Shown here: positions 55,097 through 64,000 of the stretch, in pieces | Layout of the letters: every line of letters begins with the position of its first letter | Numbering within the stretch: the stretch's first letter is position 1 | The notes under the pieces: generated by a model | Database searches by the model: none | Told to the model about the DNA's origin: nothing | Seen by the model: only the letters and a program-made list of their open reading frames with translations | Source of the DNA: Endomicrobium sp. | GTDB lineage: Bacteria > Elusimicrobiota > Endomicrobiia > Endomicrobiales > Endomicrobiaceae | Assembly: GCA_031273925.1 (NCBI GenBank) | Contig: JAISQW010000005.1 | Location: 124,920-188,919 of the forward strand | Direction of reading: 5' to 3' | Length of the DNA: 64,000 nucleotides | Program-made: the position numbers and the translations under genes

Positions 55097-56491
55097 ATGG
55101 AAAATATTATTAATATTAATGAAATAAATAATTTACTTACGATAAACATTAGCGAAGAAGAAGTAAATATTATATTGAAAAAAGCAAAGCAATTAAAAGG
55201 ATTAACACTTAAGGAATCATCTGGATTGCTATCTATAAAAAATCCAAAACTTCTAAAAGAATTATATGATGCTGCATTTTTTGTAAAAAAATCTATATAT
55301 GGTAAACGTATTGTTATGTTCGTTCCACTGTATATAAGTAACATCTGTGCTAATAAATGTCTATATTGTGGATTTGCGTTAAATAATAATTTTATAACAA
55401 AAAAAAAACTTACAGTTTATGAAATAAAAAATCAAGTTAAGTTACTTCTTAAAAGAGGGCACAAACGCATTTTAATGGTTGCAAGTGAAATGATATCTTC
55501 AGATGAAAATATTAATTATTATATTGAAGCAATTAAGACAATTTACTCAACAGAGTATAACAATAATAAAATAAAAAGAGTTAATGTTAATGTTGCTCCT
55601 ATGGCAAGAAAAGATTTTAAAAAATTAAAAGACGCAAATATAGGCACTTATCAAGTATTTCAAGAAACTTATCATAAACAAACTTACGAAAAGCTTCATA
55701 TCTATGGGCCAAAAAGCGATTACAATAATCGTTTAAATGCAATAGATAATTCATTTGTTGCTGGCATTGATGATTTTGGAATAGGAGTATTATTGGGACT
55801 CTACAAATATAACTTTGAAATTATTGCGATGCTAATGCATATAAAATATTTAGAAAAAAAATATAATGTTGGTCCACATACTATTTCTATACCACGTGTT
55901 AAACCTGCGTTTGGATCTATATATGCATCAAATCCTGAATATCCAGTTACTGATGAAGAATTAAAAAAAATTGTTGCTATTTTGAGATTATCTGTACCAT
56001 ATACTGGAATAATATTGTCAACGCGTGAAACTTCAAATTTAAGAGATATTCTTATAAAACTTGGTGTGTCACAAATAAGTGTTGAGTCAAAAGTAATGCC
56101 TGGTGGATATAATGATGAGGATACAATGAATAGTGACAAATTAGAAGGTCAATTTAATTTAAATGATCAAAGATCCCTTAATGAAATGGTTAAATCATTA
56201 CTTTTAAATGGTTTTATTCCAAGTTTTTGTACTGCATGTTATAGAACGAAAAGAACTGGTAAGTTTTTTATGGATTTAGTAAAACGTGGTGAAATGAAAC
56301 GTATGTGTAATATAAATGCTCTAATTACATTGAAAGAATTTTTAGATGATTTTGCTGATGATATTGATGTAAAACAATTAGGATATAAGATTATTGAAGT
56401 TGAAAAAAAAATGCTTAATGATGTTGATTTTAATTTAATATCAGAAATTTTTTGTAAAATTAGCAATAAAATTCGTGATAAATATATTTGA
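55097..56491 (+). CDS. hydG: [FeFe]-hydrogenase maturase HydG (radical SAM)
   Basis: PLYISNICANKCLYC, FQETY, GPHTIS.PR and C-terminal Cx2Cx22C (FCTACYR...MC), which ThiH lacks. Confidence 0.92.
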   Translation: MENIININEINNLLTINISEEEVNIILKKAKQLKGLTLKESSGLLSIKNPKLLKELYDAAFFVKKSIYGKRIVMFVPLYISNICANKCLYCGFALNNNFITKKKLTVYEIKNQVKLLLKRGHKRILMVASEMISSDENINYYIEAIKTIYSTEYNNNKIKRVNVNVAPMARKDFKKLKDANIGTYQVFQETYHKQTYEKLHIYGPKSDYNNRLNAIDNSFVAGIDDFGIGVLLGLYKYNFEIIAMLMHIKYLEKKYNVGPHTISIPRVKPAFGSIYASNPEYPVTDEELKKIVAILRLSVPYTGIILSTRETSNLRDILIKLGVSQISVESKVMPGGYNDEDTMNSDKLEGQFNLNDQRSLNEMVKSLLLNGFIPSFCTACYRTKRTGKFFMDLVKRGEMKRMCNINALITLKEFLDDFADDIDVKQLGYKIIEVEKKMLNDVDFNLISEIFCKISNKIRDKYI

Positions 56492-56547
56492 CTACTGTTT
56501 TTAAAAAAAGTATACTGTTGACATAAAATATGCCAATTTTGTATAAT
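56488..56547 (+). promoter_or_regulatory. Tandem sigma70-like promoters of groES-groEL
   Basis: TTGACT-17-TATACT (56488-56516) and TTGACA-18-TATAAT (56518-56547). Confidence 0.65.
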
Positions 56548-56692
56548 AAGTGTATAAAAAAATATTAATGTAGTTTGTGTTTTATTTTAGATATGTATGT
56601 AGTTTGGACTGATCATATAACATATACATATATACAATATATTAAAATATACATATAAGTATACATATAAGAATATATAAGGAGGGTAAAAA

Positions 56693-56977
56693 ATGATTAG
56701 ACCATTAGGTGAAAAGGTTTTAGTTAGGCCTACAGAACTTAAAGAAGTAAAGAAAGGAGGCATTATTATTCCTGATACAGCTAAGGAGAAACCACAAGAA
56801 GGAGAAATCGTAGCAGTTGGAACTGGTAAAAAAACTGAAGATGGAAGGGTTATAGCTTTAGATGTAAAAAAGGGTGACAAAATACTTTTTGGAAAATATT
56901 CAGGAACAGAAGTTAAAATTGATAATAGAGAGTACCTTATAATGTCACAAGATGATATTTTAGGAATTATTGAATAA
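56693..56977 (+). CDS. groES: Co-chaperonin GroES
   Basis: [22 protein letters not shown] and KYSGTEV motifs. Confidence 0.98.
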   Translation: MIRPLGEKVLVRPTELKEVKKGGIIIPDTAKEKPQEGEIVAVGTGKKTEDGRVIALDVKKGDKILFGKYSGTEVKIDNREYLIMSQDDILGIIE

Positions 56978-57015
56978 GTCTCAAATATAAAAATAATTAA
57001 TAAGGAGAATATAAC

Positions 57016-58653
57016 ATGCCGAAACAATTAGTTTATAATGATGAGGCTCGTAAAGCTATTAAAAATGGTGTTGACAAGCTTGCTGATGCAGTAAGTATTA
57101 CTCTTGGACCTAAAGGTAGATATGTTGTTCTTGATAAAAAATTTGGTTCTCCTACAATTACAAATGATGGTGTTACCATTGCAAAAGAGATTGAATTGGA
57201 AGATCCTTTTGAAAATATGGGGGCACAGCTTGTAAAAGAAGTTGCTTCAAAAACTAATGATATAGCTGGTGATGGAACAACAACTGCCACTGTTTTAGCA
57301 CAATCTTTTATAAACGAAGGATTAAAAAATATTACTGCAGGAGCAAATCCAAATCACATAAAAAAGGGAATTGAAAAAGCTGTTGTTGCTGTTATAAATG
57401 AGCTTAAAAGAACAGCAAAACAGGTTAAAACTAAAGAAGAAATTGCACAAATTGCTTCTATTTCTGCAAGTGATAAGGAAATAGGTAATTTAATTGCTGA
57501 TGCTATGGAAAGAGTAGGAAAAGATGGAGTAATAACCGTTGAAGAAGGAAAATCTTCAGAGACTGCTCTTGACGTTGTTGAGGGTATGCAATTTGATAGG
57601 GGATATAATTCTCCTTATTTTGTAACTGATACCGAAAGAATGCAAGGTATTTTAGAAGATCCATATATAATAATTACTGATAAGAAAATAAGTTCTATGC
57701 AGGAAATTCTTCCATTGCTTGAGAAAATTGTACAAGCAGGTAGACCTTTTATGATTATTGCTGAAGATATAGAAGGCGAAGCTCTTGCAACTTTAGTTCT
57801 TAATAAAATTCGTGGAACACTTAAAGTTATAGCCGTAAAAGCACCAGGATTTGGTGATAGAAGAAAAGAAATGCTTCAGGATATAGCTATACTTACAGGT
57901 GGAACCGTTATTACGGAAGAAACAGGATTGAAACTTGATAAAGCTACCATTGATCTTCTTGGTCAAGCGAAAAGAGTTGTTGTAGATAAAGAAAATACTA
58001 CTATTATTTCTGGACTTGGAAATAAAAGAGAGATTGAATCAAGAATATCTCAAATTCGTAAAGAAATAGTAGATACAAAATCAGAATATGATAAAGAAAA
58101 ACTTCAAGAAAGATTAGCAAAATTGGTTGGTGGTGTTGCAGTTATAAATGTTGGTGCTGCTACAGAAACAGAAATGAAAACAAAAAAATTTAAAGTGGAA
58201 GATGCTTTAAACGCAACTAGAGCTGGTGTTGAAGAAGGTATAGTTTCTGGTGGCGGTGTTGCACTTCTTAAAGCACAGTCAGTTTTAAATGAAGTTAAAG
58301 CTATAAATGTTGACGAAAAAACAGGTATTGAAATTGTTTGTAAAGCTTTAGAGGGACCAATAAGGATGATAGTTGAAAATTCTGGTATTGAAGCTTCAAT
58401 AATAGTTGATAAAATCAAAAATTCAAAGGATACATCGTTTGGGTATAATGCTGATACTAATGAATATGTTGATATGATAAGAGCTGGAATAGTTGATCCA
58501 GCAAAAGTTACAAGAACAGCCTTAGAAAATGCTGCGTCTATAGCTGGACTTATACTTACAACAGAAACATTAATAACTGATATTCCTGAAAAGTCTTCTA
58601 AAGGACCTATGGGAGGCTCACCAGGAGGAATGCCACCGATGCCAGAATATTAA
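57016..58653 (+). CDS. groEL: Chaperonin GroEL
   Basis: [26 protein letters not shown] and EGIVSGGG motifs. Confidence 0.99.
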   Translation: MPKQLVYNDEARKAIKNGVDKLADAVSITLGPKGRYVVLDKKFGSPTITNDGVTIAKEIELEDPFENMGAQLVKEVASKTNDIAGDGTTTATVLAQSFINEGLKNITAGANPNHIKKGIEKAVVAVINELKRTAKQVKTKEEIAQIASISASDKEIGNLIADAMERVGKDGVITVEEGKSSETALDVVEGMQFDRGYNSPYFVTDTERMQGILEDPYIIITDKKISSMQEILPLLEKIVQAGRPFMIIAEDIEGEALATLVLNKIRGTLKVIAVKAPGFGDRRKEMLQDIAILTGGTVITEETGLKLDKATIDLLGQAKRVVVDKENTTIISGLGNKREIESRISQIRKEIVDTKSEYDKEKLQERLAKLVGGVAVINVGAATETEMKTKKFKVEDALNATRAGVEEGIVSGGGVALLKAQSVLNEVKAINVDEKTGIEIVCKALEGPIRMIVENSGIEASIIVDKIKNSKDTSFGYNADTNEYVDMIRAGIVDPAKVTRTALENAASIAGLILTTETLITDIPEKSSKGPMGGSPGGMPPMPEY

Positions 58654-58772
58654 TAATTAGCTATAAAAATATATTTTGTTTTATTTATTTTAAGATTTAT
58701 AGTTCTATAAAGAAGGTTCATAAAAAATTCAGAATATATTACGTAGTTATTTGTTAGGATAATCAATTTTTT

Positions 58773-58819
58773 ATCAATTCTCTTATAGTATTTAAAAACT
58801 ATAAGAGAATTGATTTTTT
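58773..58819. terminator. Intrinsic terminator hairpin between convergent groEL and xerC
   Basis: Perfect 17-bp stem ATCAATTCTCTTATAGT / ACTATAAGAGAATTGAT, 8-nt loop, followed by a T run on +. Confidence 0.8.
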
Positions 58820-58852
58820 GGTTAGATCTTATTTTTATTTTTTATTTAAAAG

Positions 58853-59764
58853 TTATTTTCTTGGATGTGCTTTTATATAAATTTTCTTTAAACTTTCTAT
58901 AGTAACATGTGTGTAAATTTGTGTTGTAGATAAATTTTCATGACCAAGCATTTCTTGAACACTTCTCAAATCACAACCTCGATCAAGTATATGTGTCGCA
59001 AATGTATGTCTTAAAGTATGAGGACTCACCTTTTTTTTAATGCCAGCTTTAATAAAACATTTATGTAAAATTCTTCTTATTGTCCTTTGATTTAACCTTT
59101 TAAAACGATTACTTAAAAATACTGGAGATTGTGTATTATTGTAAAAACTTGAAATATTGCGTTCGTTTATATATTTTTTTATAACATTAAGACATTGATT
59201 ACCGATTGGTATAATTCTTTCTTTATTACCTTTTCCTTTCACAGTAACAGTATTTAATGTAAAATTTATATTTTTTAGATTTAAATTAACAAGTTCTTCA
59301 ATCCTTAATCCACAAGAATATAAAATTTCAATCATTGCTTTGTCTCTTAATTTTATATTAGATAAATTTAAAAGTGTATGCATTTCATTTTCAGTTAAGA
59401 ATGCTGGCACTCTTTTGTTTTTTTTAGGTTTTGCTATATTTTCTAAAGGATTTTTTTCGATGAAATTATTTATCATCAAAAATTTATAAAAAGTACGTAA
59501 TGATGACAATTTCCTTATTATAGTTGCATTGCTCAATTTTTTCTTCGTATCAGTATTAAGTTCCTGAAAAAAAAACCTTACGTCATATCTAGTAGCATTA
59601 CAAAATTTTAAATGTTTTTTTTGTAAAAAAAACATAAAATCATATATATCTTTTAAATAAGCTCTTATTGTGTGTGATGAAAAATTTCGTTCAGCTTTAA
59701 GATATTTTTCAAATGAGTTTACTCTAATTTTATTACTTTCTAAACTTTGTTGATATTTATTCAT
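58853..59764 (-). CDS. xerC: Tyrosine recombinase XerC/XerD
   Basis: LYSCGLRIEEL, GKGNKER and SPHTLRHTFATH...LGHENLSTTQIY motifs; downstream of topA. Confidence 0.88.
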   Translation of the reverse strand: MNKYQQSLESNKIRVNSFEKYLKAERNFSSHTIRAYLKDIYDFMFFLQKKHLKFCNATRYDVRFFFQELNTDTKKKLSNATIIRKLSSLRTFYKFLMINNFIEKNPLENIAKPKKNKRVPAFLTENEMHTLLNLSNIKLRDKAMIEILYSCGLRIEELVNLNLKNINFTLNTVTVKGKGNKERIIPIGNQCLNVIKKYINERNISSFYNNTQSPVFLSNRFKRLNQRTIRRILHKCFIKAGIKKKVSPHTLRHTFATHILDRGCDLRSVQEMLGHENLSTTQIYTHVTIESLKKIYIKAHPRK

Positions 59765-59843
59765 TTTTATTAAATTTTATTTTTGTTGTTAATTTCTATT
59801 CCATGTACATTATACAAAAAAATCTTTTTGTATGAAATAATTT

Positions 59844-61565
59844 TTACAAATTATTTTTTGTTGCTTTCAATAAATCATTTTTAAATGATTTGTAAAATTT
59901 TTTTAGTACATCTTTTGCTTTAATTTTATTTTTAACAATTTTATCAAGTTCTTTTTCAACGATTGCAGTAAATTTAACGTTAATAATATTTTTAAAATAT
60001 TTTAATAAAATATTATTAACAGCAATCCCAAGATACGTAGGAGAAATTTTTTTGTCAGACATAGTTTTTACGTATAGTTTATTTGAAATTATTTTAAATA
60101 TTGTACTATAAGTTGATGGTCTTCCTATACCGTATTTCTCTAATATTTTAATTAAACTTGCTTCATTGTAACGATTGGGAGGACATGTAAAATATTGTTT
60201 AGATGTTATTTGTATAAGATGTAATTTATCATTTTGATTTAATTGTAACAATTCTTTTTGTTCTTTGATATGATTATTCATTGTATCAAAAATTTTTAAA
60301 AATCCATTAAAAAACAATATATCACTCGAACTTTCAAATAAATAATTTTTTGCAGAAATCTTGATTATTGTTCTATTATAAATAGAGTCAGCCATTTGAC
60401 TTGCTAAAAATCTTTTCCATATTAAATCATAAAGTTTAAACTCATCAAATGATAAAAATTGTTTTATTTTTAATGGAGTTTTATCTATAAATGTAGGTCT
60501 TATAGCTTCATGTGCTTCTTGTGCTATTTTTGATTTTGTCTTATAAGTTCTTGGAATATTTGGGACAAAACTCTCTCCAAATGACAATCTAATAAATTTT
60601 AATGCTTCACTATAAGCTTTCATAGCAACATTCAAAGAATCAGTTCTAATATAAGTTATAAGACCGGTAGGAATATTCTTACCAATACATATACCCTCGT
60701 AAAGTCTTTGCCCTATAAACATTGTTTTTGAAGTTGAAAAACCAAGTTTTTTAAAAGCATCTTGTTGCATTGTAGAAGTAATATATGGTGGCTGAGGAGA
60801 ACGTTTATATTCTTTTCTTTCAATTGATTGAACAGTATAGATTGCATCTTCAAGATCTTTTAATATTATGTTAGATTGTTCTTTATTTTTAATAGTGAAT
60901 TTATCAAATCTAATTTTGTCTTTTGAAAAAATTTGGGCATTAATAACAATCGTATTTATTCCAGATTTTGATACTTCTAATTTAATATCCCAATATTCTA
61001 CTGGTTTAAATTTTATAATTTCTTTTTCTCTATCACATATAATCGACAAAACGACAGATTGTACCCTTCCAGCAGATAATCCAAATTTCACTTTTTTCCA
61101 TAAAAAAGGAGAAAGTTCATATCCTACTATTCTATCTAAAAGTCTGCGTGTTTGCTGACTGCTAACAAGCAACATATTCAATTTGTTTTTAGGATGTTTT
61201 ATAGATTTAATAATTGCCTCTGGTGTTATTTCAGTAAATGTAGATCTTAAAAATCTGGAATTTGGAATTTTTAAAATTTCTTTTAAATGCCATGCAATAG
61301 CTTCTCCTTCACGATCAAAATCTGTAGCAAGATAGATTTTGTTAACTTTTTTAGCTAGTATTTTTAAATTTGTTATGAGTTTTTTCGCTTTAGGTATGAT
61401 TACATATTTAGGCTTAAAATTATTTTCAATATCAACTCCAATGTCATTTTTAGGTAAATCTCTTACGTGACCATAAGAGCTTTTTACAATAAAGTTTTTA
61501 CCTAAAATTTTTGATATTGTTTTTTCTTTAGTTGGAGATTCTACTATAATTAAACTTTTTATCAT
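59844..61565 (-). CDS. topA: DNA topoisomerase I (core only)
   Basis: IVESPTK, ATDFDREGE, SAGRVQS, ITYIRTDS, QEAHEAIRP and GIGRPSTY motifs. Confidence 0.95.
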   Translation of the reverse strand: MIKSLIIVESPTKEKTISKILGKNFIVKSSYGHVRDLPKNDIGVDIENNFKPKYVIIPKAKKLITNLKILAKKVNKIYLATDFDREGEAIAWHLKEILKIPNSRFLRSTFTEITPEAIIKSIKHPKNKLNMLLVSSQQTRRLLDRIVGYELSPFLWKKVKFGLSAGRVQSVVLSIICDREKEIIKFKPVEYWDIKLEVSKSGINTIVINAQIFSKDKIRFDKFTIKNKEQSNIILKDLEDAIYTVQSIERKEYKRSPQPPYITSTMQQDAFKKLGFSTSKTMFIGQRLYEGICIGKNIPTGLITYIRTDSLNVAMKAYSEALKFIRLSFGESFVPNIPRTYKTKSKIAQEAHEAIRPTFIDKTPLKIKQFLSFDEFKLYDLIWKRFLASQMADSIYNRTIIKISAKNYLFESSSDILFFNGFLKIFDTMNNHIKEQKELLQLNQNDKLHLIQITSKQYFTCPPNRYNEASLIKILEKYGIGRPSTYSTIFKIISNKLYVKTMSDKKISPTYLGIAVNNILLKYFKNIINVKFTAIVEKELDKIVKNKIKAKDVLKKFYKSFKNDLLKATKNNL

Positions 61566-61774
61566 TTACTTTATCTTGATTATTAGTATAAAATTCAGTA
61601 TAATTTTGAGCGTAAATTTATTAATTTACCTTGTAAATTTGTGCTATTACTATAATTTTTATTTAATAATTTTGCAAGCATATGAAAATTTGATATTTCA
61701 ATAAGTATGTGTTATACTAAAAAGGTATTAAGTTCATATCACATACACAAAATAATTCTACTAAATAATGGTAT

Positions 61775-62512
61775 ATGACTGGAATTTTATATATAGTTCC
61801 TACACCTATAGGAAATCTTGAAGATATAACTCTTAGAGCTTTAAGAATTCTTAGAGAATGTAATTTGATTGCCTGTGAAGATACAAGACGCAGTTTAAAA
61901 CTTTTAACACATTTTAATATTTCAAAACCTTTACTAAGTTTTTATTCTTATAATGAACAACACAAGTGTGAATATATAATAAATAGATTATTAAGTGGTG
62001 ACAAAATTTCGCTTATTTCAGATGCTGGAACTCCTGGCATTTCAGATCCTGGTTATTTTTTGATTAATAAAGCAATAAGTAAAAAAATAAAAATAGAAAC
62101 TTTGGCTGGAGCATGTGCTATAACTACTGCTCTTGTAGCCTCAGGTTTTCCTACAAATGGTTTTGTTTTTTGTGGTTTTTTAAAGAGAAAACGTTCTAAA
62201 ATAGAAAAATATTTCTTAAAACTTCTAAAATTTGAAAAGACAATTATTTTTTATGAATCTCCTTATAGATTACTTAAAACAATAAAAATATGTGAAAACA
62301 TATTTGGAGAAAGTGCTAAAATTTGTATTGCAAAAGAAATGACAAAGAAGTTTGAAAAATTTATAAGAGGAACTATTAAAGATGTTTTAAATATTATGAT
62401 GAGCAATAACAGTTTACTAATAGGAGAATTTGTAGTTTTGATATATCATAGATATGATAAAAAAATAAATAAAAATGAAAAAATGGTGGACATGGAGAAA
62501 GAAAATAAATGA
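61775..62512 (+). CDS. rsmI: 16S rRNA C1402 2'-O-methyltransferase
   Basis: [29 protein letters not shown] and FYESPYR motifs. Confidence 0.95.
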   Translation: MTGILYIVPTPIGNLEDITLRALRILRECNLIACEDTRRSLKLLTHFNISKPLLSFYSYNEQHKCEYIINRLLSGDKISLISDAGTPGISDPGYFLINKAISKKIKIETLAGACAITTALVASGFPTNGFVFCGFLKRKRSKIEKYFLKLLKFEKTIIFYESPYRLLKTIKICENIFGESAKICIAKEMTKKFEKFIRGTIKDVLNIMMSNNSLLIGEFVVLIYHRYDKKINKNEKMVDMEKENK

Positions 62513-63537
62513 TTAAAGTATGTATTGTTGGTATAACTGGATATGTTGGAGAAGAGCTTTTAAAAATTCTTTCAAAACATCCAAATGTAAAAATAGTTGG
62601 AGTCTATGGTAGGGAATTATCACATGAAAAAGATTTAAAAGATATATATAAAGATTTTGATTTTTTGAATTTGAAAATAAAACCAATGGATATAAAAGAA
62701 ATTATATCTAGCTGTGATGTTGTATTTTTTGCTTTACCTCATGCAGTAACTTTTAAAATTGTTCCATTTTTTATAGGAACAAAAGTAAAAGTAATAGATT
62801 TATCTGCAGATTTTAGATTAAAAAATCTTGAAGTTTATGAAAAATGGTATAAAACAAAACATTGTGTTACTTTTAAAAAAAATATAAATCATGCTGTTTA
62901 TGGTTTGTCTGAACTTAATGCTGCAGAAATAAAAAAAGCCTGTTTAATTGCTAACCCAGGATGTTATCCAACAACAGTTATCTTAGGATGTGCTCCTATT
63001 ATAAAAAGCAATTTTATAGATTTAAAAAATATAGTTATAGATTCAAAAAGTGGTATTTCAGGAGCAGGTAGAAAAGCTGCAAAAGAATATTTTGATAATG
63101 AATATCCAAATTTTAAACCATATAAAATTGCTGGCACTCATAGACATATTCCTGAAATAGAACAAGAACTTTCAATTTTATCTGGAGAAAATGTAATAGT
63201 GAGTTTTACACCACATATTATTCCCATACAAAGAGGAATGCTTTCAACAATTTATATGAATCTTACAAAAAATATTTCAACATCCTTCTTAATTGAAAAA
63301 TATAAAGAATTTTATCATAATAAACGGTTTGTGAGAATTTTGAAAAAAGATATGATTTCTGAAACAAAAAATGTTGTAAATACAAATTATTGTGAAATTA
63401 GTATAAAAGTTGATTATAGAACAAAAAAACTTATCATAATTTCAGCTATAGATAACTTAATTAAAGGAGCTTCAGGACAGGCAGTTCAAAATATGAATAT
63501 TATGTTTAATCTATCCGAAACTAAGGGATTAATGTAA
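62509..63537 (+). CDS. argC: N-acetyl-gamma-glutamyl-phosphate reductase
   Basis: [28 protein letters not shown] and [11 protein letters not shown] motifs. Confidence 0.97.
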   Translation: MIKVCIVGITGYVGEELLKILSKHPNVKIVGVYGRELSHEKDLKDIYKDFDFLNLKIKPMDIKEIISSCDVVFFALPHAVTFKIVPFFIGTKVKVIDLSADFRLKNLEVYEKWYKTKHCVTFKKNINHAVYGLSELNAAEIKKACLIANPGCYPTTVILGCAPIIKSNFIDLKNIVIDSKSGISGAGRKAAKEYFDNEYPNFKPYKIAGTHRHIPEIEQELSILSGENVIVSFTPHIIPIQRGMLSTIYMNLTKNISTSFLIEKYKEFYHNKRFVRILKKDMISETKNVVNTNYCEISIKVDYRTKKLIIISAIDNLIKGASGQAVQNMNIMFNLSETKGLM

Positions 63538-63606
63538 TTTTATTTTTTTATTAAAACTTTTATTACAAGTTACAAAATATTACAGTTTAAAGAGGAGAAT
63601 TTAAAA

Positions 63607-64000
63607 ATGCTGCCAAAAGGATTTAAAGTAGGAGGGATAAGTAGTTATCTATCAAACCAAAACTTAAAAAAAGATTTAGCAATTTTTATTTCAGACACAC
63701 TTGCAAATACTGCTGGAATGTTTACTAGAAATATAGTTAAAGCAGCACCTGTTAATGTAAGTATTAATAGATTAAAAAACAGAGAAAAATTTTTTGGTAT
63801 TGTTGCAAATTCAGGTTGTGCTAATGCCTGCACTGGAAGCAAGGGTGAACATGATGCTGAATATGTGTGTTCATTTATTGAAAAAGAATTTAATTTGATG
63901 AACGGTTCAATGTTGTGTGCCTCAACTGGTGTTATAGGACAATATTTTAATATTGTCGAAAATGATTTCCAAAAAAAAATAAATTTATTGAAGTCCAATA
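63607..64000 (+). CDS. argJ: Ornithine acetyltransferase ArgJ, 3' end outside window
   Basis: Hand translation from ATG 63607: MLPKGFKVGG...KDLAIF...GMFTRN.VKAAPV...ANSGCANACTG...ASTGVIG; GAGGAG RBS; follows argC. Confidence 0.92.
   Translation, partial: MLPKGFKVGGISSYLSNQNLKKDLAIFISDTLANTAGMFTRNIVKAAPVNVSINRLKNREKFFGIVANSGCANACTGSKGEHDAEYVCSFIEKEFNLMNGSMLCASTGVIGQYFNIVENDFQKKINLLKSN

Noticed and set aside
58853-59764. Tyrosine recombinase as a phage or island integrase
   Set aside because: XerC/D-like size and motifs, topA-xerC context, no att repeats or cargo genes.
63645-63998. Minus-strand 117-aa ORF at the window end
   Set aside because: Antisense shadow of the partial argJ gene.

Overview
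Very AT-rich (roughly one quarter G+C by eye), gene-dense bacterial chromosome segment read in the standard code 11, almost entirely housekeeping. It carries pyr/pur biosynthesis (purE, pyrB-C-K-D-F-E, purM-N-B), def-fmt, trxA-B, a stand-alone 5'-3' exonuclease (PolA N-terminus only), coaE, rho, rpmE-prfA-prmC-murA, rpsB-tsf-pyrH-frr-(ferredoxin)-uppS-cdsA-prfB-psd-pssA-ndk-pckG-aspS-ybeY-recO, mnmA, the [FeFe]-hydrogenase maturases hydE and hydG, lpxK-gmhB-gpmA-pta, thiL-tsaE-tsaB-rpsT, a NAD kinase pseudogene, ispE, two parvulin PPIases, ychF, gap-pgk-secG, der-plsY-IHF-MerR-thrS, groES-groEL, xerC-topA, rsmI-argC-argJ and four tRNAs without encoded CCA. The combination (Gram-negative envelope, anaerobic H2-type fermentation, strong AT drift, pseudogene and truncations) suggests a genome-reduced anaerobic endosymbiont, most like Endomicrobium/Elusimicrobiota; this is inference, not a database result. 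I found no mobile element, CRISPR array or defence island, and no clearly new multi-gene system. The most unusual signals are an 84-nt near-identical tract (38 nt perfect) shared by prfA and prfB suggesting gene conversion between the two release factors, decay of NAD kinase despite retained NADPH-dependent enzymes, a 32-bp perfect palindrome over the putative rpsT promoter, and -35 boxes that overlap upstream stop codons.
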